DNA of 64,000 bases. Source: Iphione sp. A-MEVVRFRX5. Its lineage: Eukaryota. Of the stretch, positions 25,571 through 37,074 are shown one piece after another. The stretch's first letter is position 1. Each line of letters starts with the position of its first letter. Location: contig OZ320318.1 in NCBI GenBank assembly GCA_976226885.1, positions 68,262,001 through 68,326,000 of the forward strand, given 5' to 3'. The position numbers and the translations under genes are program-made. Below the pieces are notes generated by a model. The model saw nothing but the letters and a program-made list of their open reading frames with translations. It was not told where the DNA came from and searched no databases.

Positions 25571-27240
25571 GCTCGGATATCATCGGTGCCTGCCCCAGGG
25601 GGGCTCTGTCCAGTTTGTAGCCTTGTCCCGAGGACCTGGGTTCCGCACAGGGACCCAGACTCGCCCTCCTTGGGGTTGGACCACAGCCCATGTCACACGC
25701 AACCCCGAGTGCTCCTCGAACTGGACGCTCGCCATGACCACCCCTTCTTGGGAGCTCAAGCTCCCCTCGCACACCTCCGCCTGGATCCAGCCCACCCATC
25801 TGGCTGGCTCCTGGTCCCGGCAGGCCTACCACTTGGTCGACGAGATCCGGCTGCAGAGTGACGCTGGCCATCCATGTATCGACCACTGCCCCCCAGCGGT
25901 CCAGCCAGTCGAGGTCCAGCAGAGCCGGGACTTCCATGTCCACCACCTTTGCCTGGACTGGCAAGGACACTGGCCTGAACTGGACATCGCACTCCACGGA
26001 GCCCCTGACCTGTAGCGATCCGCCATTAACTCCAAATACCCGGGCGTCAATCGGTCCCAAGGGGACGCCCTCTAAAGTCTCGAATACTTGAGTGGAAAGT
26101 AAGGACGCAGACACCCTGGTGTCCACGAGCCAGTCCACTGAGACCCCAGCAAGGTGCCCCTCTAGGAGCACCCCGCTACACCCCTCTCACTGCCGCCCCA
26201 CCAGGGTAACTGGGGGGGGGGTCCTCCTCCATGGCGGATGCGAGGGCCACGAGGGGTGCTTCCTCCGTGCATGCCGCCTGCCCCACTGTGTGTGTGTGGG
26301 GGGGCAGCTGCTCGTTTTCCTGCAGGGTAGGCATGGCTGTTTGCACTTCTGCTGCCTTTCGGGCGGGACAGTCCCTCTTAAAGTGTCCTGGCTGCTTACA
26401 GAAGAAGCAGCCCTCTCCTCTGCCCTTCTTTCCCCCTTTCTTGGCAGAGGGTAGACTTGGTGGCATGGCTGGCCACTCGAGCAACTTCAGCAGGAGTTTC
26501 TCGATCTTTTCCAGTCTGGAGGGGGTGGGGGATGCCGCGCTAGCCGCTGCAACTTCTTGGGTCTCTGCATGAGCCGCGTGTACGCGACTCGCAGCAGCCC
26601 CCAGTGTCCACTCTTTCTCCACCCAGTGGTAAGACTCTGCTAGAAGTGCCTCAGAGACGGCCAACTGGCATGAGGGTGCATTTGCTTGCACTGCCCACAT
26701 CTGGCTCTGCTCATCCCTCAGGGCCGAGACGAAGGGGTCATGGCACATACAGTCCAGCCATGACTCCTCCACCTCAGGATAAGCCTGCCTGACCAGCCAC
26801 TCCACCTCCTCTGCCAGTTGCTGGACATCCTTGTCCTTTCCTTGCCTCCGTTGTTTCAACTCTTGCTCGTAGTAGGTAGCCCTATCCTCAGACTGGAAGC
26901 AGAAGAGAAGCACTTCCATGATTCGGGCAGACCGCAGACCGGAGGGCGGACTGCGCAGAGCCGCGGAGGCAGGCACTCAACTAAAGCGCCTGTTCCGCCT
27001 CCTCCCACAGGTTAGCCTTTGTCACCAGGTCAAAGTTGTGGAGAAACTCAGCCAGCGGCACACCACCATTGAATGACTCTGGCTTGACATGATAGCGCCT
27101 GGGGGGTGGCCCCAGAGGGTGGAGGGCAGACTGGAGCTCCGATACCAGTCCCCTCACTAACTGGGCAGGATCCGTGGGAGGCGAGCCATTGTCCGTTGGG
27201 GCGCCAATCAGTGACACACTGGGTGATCTGTTTGTCCCTC
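25570..27240 (-). mobile_element. Ty3/Gypsy gag and aspartic protease
   Basis: Gag N-terminus VKPESFNG..LAEFLHNF and zinc knuckle CFFCKQPGHFKRDCP. Protease WLVDTRVSASLL...ALLDLDWL, followed by the post-protease VPVRNPG motif. Confidence 0.93.
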
Positions 27241-27358
27241 ATGGGGGATGCGGTAACGGTGGTTGTTGATGCAGAGCCCTAGTTTGCAGAGGGCAATGCC
27301 ATGGTACCCCCTTGGATGGGGCGAGGGGCAGCCCGGGCCCCCGTCGCACATATAAACC

Positions 27359-27739
27359 AAGCCTACCTATGCCCAGCTAACCCAGTCAATTTCCAGCTGG
27401 GGCCCAGATGGGCACATTACATGTTCACCCAATCATAACCATTCAAGACAGACCCGTCCTTCTTTTCCCCTGACCACAACCTGAGCTCTATCAGATCAAC
27501 AGATACAGGGAAAGAGAGAGGGGGGGGGGGAAGAAGAGAGAGAGTAAGGATATAAATCTCATGAATTCTGCTGAAAATCAGTAAAACAATGCAAATTTAG
27601 CTCTGCAGATGACGGCTAGCTTCCCTGATGTTGTGCTTAAAATCTAGGCCATTTCCAGCCTGAAGCAACATACCCTCTCCCTTTCCTGCAAATCCTGGTT
27701 CTATCCTTCTCAGCAATTGATGTAGGATTAGGATTGATT

Positions 27740-27817
<78 letters not shown>

Positions 27818-28000
27818 ACAATGCCTCTATTTTTGGGGTGGAACAGGAAGTACTTTCTTACTTTTAGTACAGCAGAGTTTCTGGGCTAGCCCAACTGGGG
27901 GCCCAGCTGCAACCCATGGCAAAGCCCACCTCTTAGACTAGCCCACCTATGCCCAGCTAACCCAGCCAATTCCCAGCTGGGGCCACATGGGCGTGTTACA
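27359..28000. repeat. Pair of ~60-bp direct repeats of a GCCCAGCTGGGGCCC-type semi-palindromic family
   Basis: CCTATGCCCAGCTAACCCAG.CAATT.CCAGCTGGGGCC at ~27367 and ~27945, with an inverted partial copy at ~27890. Confidence 0.6.
27742..27814. repeat. (GA)n microsatellite
   Basis: Directly visible. Confidence 0.97.
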
Positions 28001-29970
28001 TGGGTTTGCTCTTCTTTACTCCATGCCTACCTCCCCATACCTTGTTCCCCTCCCTTCCTCTTCTATGTACCTCTTATATCCATACCTCTGACTGTATCTC
28101 CCCCTCCCCCATTGTCTCTCTCCTTTCCTTTCTCCCTCCTTCCCTTTTTCTCTCTTTGCTCCACTCATTTTCGTTTTTTCCTTCTTGCTCTTAGTGTTTC
28201 CTTTCTCTTTCTCTCTCACGTTCTCTTTTCCTCCAACAGATGACAGCATTATTGGTTGCTGCAAAGCGTAAGATGGCAGCACCGTTTCTTGTAGGATGCC
28301 AAACCACCGAGGAGAAATGTTACTGAACGAGGCTTGTAGTTACATTTGATCGTGTAGAAGTAATAGTATGAATATATGTGTTGATAGTGCATATATATAA
28401 ATATATATTTAAAATAAATTACGAAGATGAATTTGATTTACAACTGCTGATTGATCCATTTATGTGAGTACACTGCTTATCTCGTATCCCAATATTTACG
28501 ATCCATTCTTCAGGAAAATTATTCATCCTACAATATCCATCTTGCCAGTTTGTGCATATCGATTTCTTAAAGATTCAGCTGACTGACTTGTGTTATTCAA
28601 GGAATGCACAACTATAACCCATGTTTTTGTTTAGATATGAGTGTGATATAATGCTTTTTGAGAACCATTTCTATACTGAACATTGGTATACAATTTGTAC
28701 ATAGCATTCGGTTTACTATTTAATCTATCACATAACCATATTTTCTTCTTATATATTATCACAATGGTATGACTAAAGGGCGTTAGACAGGCAATGATAA
28801 GCGTACATGATATGGATTCCGTATAATGCACACTTAATTCATACGAACCGAGGAGGCTGTCATGGTGGCTTTTTGAAAAAGTTATAGTACACTTCAAAAA
28901 TGTTTTGGCATAAGCCTATTAATGCGTTGATACTGGGTTACAGTGTTGAACTAAATTAATTTAATAAGCTGGTGCTTTTTGTACTATCTGCATAAACCTA
29001 CACTCTCCGACATCAAAATCATGTTTATAGTGTTTTAAGCATGGTAGAAGCCTCAATATAGCTTAATTGCATATTCAATTGAGTAAGGAAGTGGTAAGTA
29101 TGTTCAAAAATTAAAACATATAAAAGTGTTGAACAGAAAGAAACATAATGTTTAGAGATGGGGAATAAAGATAGTTTTGCAACATTCAGAATTTGAAGGT
29201 ATGTCAATTAATACAAGTATTTCTAGTGAGAGCTTACACCCATAGAAATCAGAATGCCAGGGATGACACGACGCCAACTCATTTAATTGGAATATGTTCT
29301 ATATCTAGATCTATTATTTGTGGCATTTTGAATAAAATCAAGTTTGCCCTGGATGGCTACTGGATCCTTTTGATCATTTTTGTATCTGACCACTGAATGG
29401 TATAGATGTCCTTAACCAAAGCCCATTCCCTATATGATTAGTTAAATAGTTAAGCTTGTTTTGGGCTGCAACAACTTACGTCAGCAACATTAAAGGCAAA
29501 TGATTGCTGTAGCCTCAGTTCTTGGTACCAAGCGAAAAATGGGTTTCCATGAGTGAGAAGAGGACAAAATTGTCTGTTTTTCCGCCTAGTTGCGATAAAC
29601 GGTGACTATGATTGAGGCTTCAAATTGTTTTTAGTGAATTCTATCTGGTGAGAGGATACTTGGGTTATCTGGGACTCAATGAGCATGACTGTACATGTAT
29701 ATATACGTTTGTCATGTATTTAGGCATCACCATAGGTTGTGCCTATCCTCCCTGAAACATGGTACTTGATCTACCTGCATTTTGCGTAAGTTCCGGAACC
29801 CATTAAACGATATAAGAAATAATTAACAGGGAGTTTCCCAAAATGTGGTTCTGTTAACTAGTTATAACGAATCCTTCCATGATGAAATTATCAATCCTCT
29901 TCATATATTTGGTCCATGTTTAAAACCCATCAAGGTTTCTGTCTGTCAGTTTGAGCTCATTTTTTTTTTA

Positions 29971-30040
29971 AGAATCCGACAGAAGAGTAATTTTTTGTAG
30001 AATCCAACAGAAGAGTCATTTTTGTGTAGAATCCGACAGA
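29971..30040. repeat. 28-bp tandem repeat (~2.5 copies)
   Basis: AGAATCC.ACAGAA at 29971, 29999 and 30027. Confidence 0.85.
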
Positions 30041-30805
30041 AACACAAGATGTAAAAGCAGCTATGTTTATGGAGTTTGGAATTTGGAAGGGGGGGGGGAA
30101 ACAGAGCTAAATACTAATTACATTTTACTGCCCTTTGGTCGTACCACTTGCACACACCCTGTACACCTACACCGAGTCCCGCGTAGAGTGAACAGTTCAC
30201 GTGTTTCTTGCCAGATGTCGCTCCGATAACCCATTGATTATGACCCGCCGTAGGCCGAAAGCGAGGCATGTCGATCGGAGGTCAGGTAAGGGGAGGGGGG
30301 CTGCGCGCCAGGGGATGGAGGGAGTGAAGAGTGCAGGCATGGCGGGTGGGCGGTTGGCGTGACGAAAGCAGGCGAGCAGTACGGAAAGGGGAACGTGGCC
30401 CGGTGCTCCACACTGTCAGGCGGACGGGTCGCCGATGTGCGGAGTCTGCCCAATCTCGCAACCGTTCTGACCGCCCGTCGTTGAGTCGCTCCCGTGCTAC
30501 TCACTTGAACTGGACAGCCACGGCAGCCGCGCTGTTCTTGTTCTAGGTAGGTGGCCGACATGGGATGAAAATTTACAGGTCAGACAGCAGCCATTGAGGC
30601 GATAGGTCTAAAATAGGAGAGATATCGAAAGGGAACGAAAATAAGCATGTGAAATGTAGATGGAGGAATCATCAGAAAGAAAACAGGAAAAGGGGGTGGG
30701 GGGAGGGCAGATCGGGAATCAAGGAAAATGAGACTAGTCACAGAAGACAGGACTACATGAGTTAGATATAGAGAGCTTGAGGAACAGGGATTGGGGGAGA
30801 AAAAC

Positions 30806-30807
<2 letters not shown>

Positions 30808-30864
<57 letters not shown>
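30808..30864. repeat. (GA)n microsatellite
   Basis: Directly visible. Confidence 0.97.
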
Positions 30865-30867
<3 letters not shown>

Positions 30868-32067
30868 AAGAAAGCGATAGTCCTGCAGGTTGACAGTCAA
30901 AGGAGCGATTTGTCGTTGCAAGACGAGAGATAAAAAATAAAAGAATCAAGGCAAAGCTATTATTAGAGGCGCAAAAGCAGGGAAATCTGCTTCAGAGGAC
31001 CTTGCACGAAATATATGGAAGCGGGCCTGGGGAACCTGAAAGGCATCTCTAACATTTCTGGATGGTCCGCAGCAACACAGCAGAATCGTACACACGCCCA
31101 TCAGTCCGGGGATATCCAGGTTTCAGCATCTGCTGGTCTTTCTACCGCTTCTGTTTCGGTTATTGCTGCTGCTACTTATGCTGCTGCTATGGCCATTGCA
31201 GAAGCAATGGCGGTCGTTGTTGACAACCAATCCTGTCAGAGAGAAACATGCTAGAAGAGTAACAAATTATTTACCGTCACGCGCGCGGGAATAACCAATG
31301 CAGCGATTCTGATCATAATAGACAGAATAATTAATGCAAAAAACTGGCGGGCGGACATAGTTTATTGCACTATGGATGCATCATTATATGGAGGAGTCGA
31401 TCACGCAGCAGTGGTTCATGATACTCTGTGTTTACATCTAGGCCTAAAAGGTCTTCTCAGTGCGTTAGAGACGCAGCTAGATTAGAGATTGCTACCACGT
31501 TTGCTGTTGAGAGACTCTCCTCTTGAAAATACTAGTATAATCTGTGTTCGCTGTAGTAAACCTGCTTTGTGTGATATTACTTCTACTTATATCGATTTAT
31601 CTCTTGTCAGCAACGCCTGGTTATCTTACGCTTGGTCCATTGGATAATTATTTTATGTTTATGTCCCCTAAAATTCTAATTCTTCTCAAGCGTCTGCTTC
31701 AAAATCTTCTGCGACATCTGCCTCTAGGTATCCCAATGCTCTACTTCATCCTATCTTCCCATAGGTCCATATCCAGCCATGGATACTGTTCCGTGGTTGA
31801 TATTGGTGTTCCTGGCCGAACATATGTCTTTGTAAACTACATACACGTAAATATAACTGAGGTGATCCTTTCCATTTTTCCGTACTTCATGTATCAGAAA
31901 ACATGGTCTATTCGTTGCTAACATCGATACGTTTGCTGTTATTGTGACATTGCAGCAGTGATCTCTCTCTAATTGCTACCGTTGCAGCTACAATAGCATC
32001 GCCTGCTGCTTGCAGTAGCTGCCGGTCGTGCTGCATGTGGCACGAGCCTCCCTAAGGCCACTGCGGG

Positions 32068-32170
32068 TGCTGCTGCTGCTGCTACTGCTGCTGCTGCTGC
32101 TGTTGCCGCCGCCGCCGCTGCTGCTGCTGCTACTACTACTCCTACTGCTGCCACCGCGGCCGCCGCTGCT
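32068..32170. repeat. Compound (GCT)n/(GCC)n/(ACT)n trinucleotide tract
   Basis: Directly visible. Confidence 0.9.
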
Positions 32171-33307
32171 ACTATCGCTGTCACCGCAACTCAAGCTCGA
32201 CCCCTCCCGCTCGGCTACTGCAGCTGCGGCTTGCTGAGACAGGCAACAAATTTAGGGTCCGTGGCCAAAATGGCTTTCTTGCTCAGCCGCTCAGTTTGAT
32301 GCAACCGACCGGCACGCACTTCCACTTAGGCCATTTGGAAGAGGTAATCGTAGCTGCCCTCTTTTTACAACAAAGGAATGAGGTCTTCTCACGTCATTCG
32401 ACTATTCAGGAAGCAAGCGCGGACGCCTAGAATCCTATAGACGCCTAAAGATAGTGTGTCCATCCCCAGTACCCGCCATTTAACGCGGTACTGCCTGTCA
32501 GTCGGTGACGCCTATTAAAGCGTCATGGCTGGTGAGAGTGGTCCACCTGTGGCATGAGCAGCGCCAGCCGACTAGCTTGACCTGTGGCAAGCCATACGGA
32601 AAGCGCCAGGTAAGACGGCGATAGGCTGTAGTCGATTTTGGAGCCGAGCTAGAAAGAATAGAAACATAAAACACTTGAGAGGCAATACGAGCTGCACAAT
32701 TCACTCTTTGACAGGGAGAGTGACAGTTTGCGAGGGCGGCCGGTGGGGGGAAGGCATGGAAGAGGGTCCGGCGTAGAGCCTGTGCAAGCCGAAACCGAAA
32801 AGGAAAGTAACATTTTGAAAGAGAGGAAAGCACATATGCAGTATGGTGTATGCAGGACAGAGAGAGTAGGCATGTTGAAAAATCGTTATTAGGGTAAGAG
32901 GGACAAACCAGCTGTATGGAAAACAAGGCAGCAACAAATTTGCATTTCTTCTCTCTCTTTTTTTTTCAGAAAATGAGAATACAATTTTTTTTACAAAAAA
33001 ACTCTATCCTTCAAAACTAAAAGCGATTCATGCATAATGTAATGGATCTTTTCGTATAAGGAAATCAATTGTCTCTCTGGAATCTACTTCAGTGCTCATT
33101 CTGCTTCTCTTGAGATCTTACATCAATGACGTGCGTTTCTCGTTCTGCTGAAATTCATCTGCTGAATGTTAAACTTGCCATCAAGAAGTGAAACAATGCA
33201 CTCCAATTAAATATATTGACCATTATATTTAACAATTTGAATATTAAAGGAGAGATAATAAAACTGTAGCTGTGTTCATAATTACCTAATGTCATGCCTG
33301 TTTTCAG

Positions 33308-33382
33308 GACGGGAAATTTGCATTGATGTCCCTTTAGACTGATGGCTCAAGTCTGGCAAATTTCACAATGACAGAAATACAT
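33308..33382 (+). other. Candidate 75-nt upstream exon of the KCNMB-like gene
   Basis: Acceptor TGTTTTCAG| (ends 33307) and donor |GTAAGT (33383). The exon ends ATG ACA GAA ATA CAT in phase 0, compatible with an in-frame CAG acceptor at 33727. Confidence 0.4.
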
Positions 33383-33793
33383 GTAAGTATTACGGAACTG
33401 TCATAAATTTATTAAACAGTTTGTCTTGCAGTATTGTACGGCTTAGAAAGATGCATGACAACAATCAGCATGAGACTGTCATCAAATATATGAAACAGAT
33501 TTACCTAAAGGCGGCACTATTTATTTGGCTGTAGACACCACATAAATGTAACAGAGATACTCAACATCCAAGCTTGTAATAAAGATACATCCTACGCGAA
33601 ATTTAGATATTAAAGCATTATATTTGAAAGGAAGACTTGTGCTTGCAAGGATAATGAGGAAAAAAAGACAAACTTTCCTGTTGAAATCTCGTTTTATTAC
33701 GTATGAACGGACGTGCATGGACATCAGAAGGAGGTCGGCGAGCGGAAGCGCGCTAAGAACGCGGGTCTGCGGCGCGCACCACACGACGGTCGG

Positions 33794-34249
33794 ATGTGCG
33801 GGCGATGCGGCTTCTGCGGGGGTCGCTGGAACCAAGTGGAGGAGGCAGTGGCCCAGCGCTGGACCCAGGAGGATTCCAAACACCGTGTGTGCGGTCGCCA
33901 CTGCCACTGTCCGTTCTTCTGTTATCGCCGCTGCTACATTCGCTTCTCGTACATCCTCTTTGTCGTCATCGTCATCGTGCGCCTTGTCGTTTATGCCTTC
34001 GAGCCGCTCATCTTCCCGTCCAACAATCCTTTCGACCAGTTCCACAGCACCGAGTGCAAGGTTCTCGAGTCCAAATTACTCAACGCCAGTGATCAGCTGA
34101 TGAAGTGCAGCTGGTGTAAAGACCAAGGCACCGGCTGCTGGACGACCTATCCTTGTATACGCATCGTTGTCGAGTTCACCACCAACGATCATGGCAATGT
34201 GACGGCGGTTCTTATGGCCTCCGAGCAGGAGGCCCGGAAGCAACTGCAG
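33794..34249 (+). CDS. KCNMB: BK (Slo) channel beta-subunit family protein, first main coding exon (true start may lie further upstream)
   Basis: First in-frame ATG at 33794. Hydrophobic TM1 FSYILFVVIVIVRLVVYAFEPLIF, then F..TECKV, KCSWC, GC..YPCIRIVV and N-glycosylation sequons NAS and NVT. The exon ends CAG|GTGAGC in phase 0. The paralog cannot be assigned. Confidence 0.85.
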
Positions 34250-36744
34250 GTGAGCCACTCGCTCGGTATGCAATGTAGGCCAACTCTTTTTCGCCGTTGT
34301 CCCCAGTCCTGGATGGTACTATGCGTAGCCGAAATATTGATATTGTTCCTTCCAAAATTGTTCCCTAGTCTAAGCATTTAAGCTGTATTTGATGTCCCCT
34401 ACGTAAGTTTCTAATATGATTAAATGTCGTACTACGGAAAGGCCCCAATATGGACACGTTCAGAATTAAAGGCACTTAAAGAACGTGTACTACATAAACA
34501 CTTTTATTGGAGTACCAGATGGTGGACGTCACCAGATAGTCATAAAGACTTTACCGACTAAATCTTATGTTTAGGACAAATGTGATCTAAAAATTCTTTC
34601 CTTATATGAAAAGGAAACTTTCACTCAATAATATGTCTTAAAATCTGGTGTCCTTCTTGAATACATTCAGGGAGTAAATGAACGAAAAAATATTATAATT
34701 TTGATAAAGAGAATAGCGAAACGAGTAAAGTGATAGCTTCCCAGAGAGTATTCATGGAGGTTTTCCTTGCAAGGTGCAAAGGAATCCAGTATCAACCAGC
34801 AGGATCTCCATAACAACAGTGATGGTAGCCTTGAACCAATTCTGTTTGATATTGTTGGACATGAAGGGACAGAGTTTGCTCTGTTATGAGAGTGTTACCC
34901 TTCAATGGGAGTGCTAGAAGCACTTTATACTGATGAGGGACCCAGGGTAGGACACTAAGGGGACATACATTGGTTTGATAAAGAAAAACTCGCTGAAAGT
35001 TGATGGATAGTGAGTCAACTGGCCCAACCTCCCTCATAGTGGCCCATCAGTCAGCCAGGCGGTGGGTTGGTGGCCGTAGTGTTGTGTGACGACTGGGTCT
35101 CCTAGTTTGTAGCAGTCCTGAAGTCAGCTGGAAGGTGCGCCGGCATGTGTAGCACTCTCTCAGGTCGAGCCTCCTCCCTCATAATGGTCCGGTGTTAATC
35201 CAGTACATGTGTGCTCTGTTAAACACAATTCATCATGTCTAGTATAATTTATTTTGCATATCAATGACATGAAAAACCTTTCTGCACTTGGTTCAAATGC
35301 AACAAATTTCCACAAAACAGCACTCCATTTCAACAGGTGAGGCTCAGTTTCAATATATTTCCACCAAAAACTGCACAATTTATAGCAAAACAAAATTTCA
35401 GTGTGTGTGTTTGTGTATTCCACTTCACAGAGCCTCCATTTTGCAATGACACGCTACATACATACAACTAGTTTTCATACATGACTCACCCCTGTGCATT
35501 TGCTGCCAGTGCTGAGAGAGACAGACATAGAAAAAGTAGGATGCATGCACATTCTGTATAAAGACACTTGCGGATAGGTCACTGCATTTAATTTAACGAA
35601 ACGTTCAGTTCAGTATTTTTCATTTGCTCTGGATTGAAAAAATACTGTGTATTGGTTGAAAAAATGTACATAATACTCCCATATGCAGATCAAAATAGAA
35701 TGAAAGAATTCACGCATCTATTTGTATATTTAAGAAGGGAAGAATATAAAGAAAGACGATCTATAAAAGGAAATGAAAGAAAATACCGCTTGCTATAATT
35801 TAAGGCCCTGTGAACGTTAATATTAAAGTTTCAGTAATATTCGCTATGGATATCAGTGGTCACGATGTCATGTCCAGAGGTCCCTTTCATGTGTGTCACC
35901 GACATTAGAATGCGTTTTACGGTTTTCGATTAAACCAAAGAAACGAGCAGACAGTCGGCCCGTTTGCTATCGGTTCCCAGAAGCACCTGTAGGTCTCCTA
36001 TTTATAAAGCACTAACAGCTTCACACGCAATAGATAATTCATTTGTTGTGGATACAGTAGAGCAGAGGAGTGTCCTGAATATCCCACGAGTACATGTACA
36101 GAACGTTAGCACGTGAGTATGCACGTGCATCTACAGAAGTAAATACATGGAGAGCGATTGGCACCTACAGGTAGAAGCAGTAACTATAAATAACACTAGA
36201 ATGTTAAAGAACATAATTGATACTGGCTCCGATAATACTTTTAGAGACAAGGTATGGTCCCTCAATAGTTGACATTTTTTTATCCAATCAATTTCGTCAT
36301 TGGATTTGTCGGTTTAAAGTGTGCCCTGTAAAGGAAAATTGGCTGCATTTCTCACGCTTAGATATAAAAGCTGTGTCGGTTATCAGCTTGTCTGTTACCA
36401 AAGGATGACTTTATATGTGCACCGGACAGCTTTTATGCGAACTTGCATTTACGAGAAAATATCTGCAAGCTCACTATTTAATGACTTAAACTTCCACAGA
36501 ATTAAGAGTCCCTTTGACATTCAGTTGTCTAGACACCACCAATACAGCTATATATTTATAATCGTAATATTTAATGTTTTATCGAAAGTAATACCTTTCA
36601 GGTAGAGGAACGCTGAGGCACATGGTATTAATATTGACGCAAAGTGTATTACATATGAGTCATCACATATGATTGATTAGTGAGTTTAGCGCCAATTTGA
36701 CCCCACCAGCAATTTGATCAAATCTAACGACCTTCTCTTTGCAG

Positions 36745-37074
36745 TGCACGTACCGACCGACCGAGTGCCATTCGGCCGTGAGAGCCGAGATCGAGAAGTA
36801 CCAGCAGGACTGGGGAACGTCTGGCCAGCACTACCCTTGTCTATACAACCCTCGGAATATCCACATGGTCCTGCAGAATCGCCGCCTGCCCAGCGGCTAT
36901 GTGAGGAACTGGGCAAGCCTTGTGTTTTTCATCGTTCTCGGCGCCTTTGGAATCCTCGTATTGTTCCTGACGTGCGGATGCAAGTATGTGTGGTCGTCGC
37001 ACGCGCCCGAGAGCATTCGTATAGAGGTAGCAGACAAATCACAACAGTCGCAAGCAATGGTGCAGCAGGCTTGA
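36745..37074 (+). CDS. KCNMB: BK channel beta-subunit family protein, last coding exon
   Basis: Acceptor CTTCTCTTTGCAG| in phase 0. Reads CTYRPTEC (cf. KCSYIPKC), YPCLYNP (cf. CYY.P), TM2 WASLVFFIVLGAFGILVLFLT, then TGA at 37072-37074. The spliced product is 261 aa with 8 loop cysteines. Confidence 0.88.
   Translation, partial: CTYRPTECHSAVRAEIEKYQQDWGTSGQHYPCLYNPRNIHMVLQNRRLPSGYVRNWASLVFFIVLGAFGILVLFLTCGCKYVWSSHAPESIRIEVADKSQQSQAMVQQA

Larger units (their letters stand above)
30150..32800. promoter_or_regulatory. CpG-enriched region with candidate non-coding exons; possible promoter or 5' region of the KCNMB-like gene
   Basis: CpG-rich patches at ~30170-30560 and ~32020-32790. Plus-strand donors CAG|GTAAG at 30286 and 32610. 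Confidence 0.35.

Noticed and set aside
27190-27210. TGGCGCCCCAAC on the minus strand as a tRNA-Lys-type PBS
   Set aside because: It lies inside the gag reading frame with no LTR upstream, so it is probably coincidental.
28016-28282. Lys/Glu/Arg-rich minus-strand ORF
   Set aside because: It translates a low-complexity polypurine tract.
30235-30275. TGATTATGA...GGCCGAAAG as a hammerhead ribozyme
   Set aside because: It lacks the CUGANGA box and has no consistent stems.
31969-32237. Poly-Ala, poly-Ser and poly-Leu ORFs
   Set aside because: They are products of the trinucleotide tract, with no domain and no consistent start or splice model.
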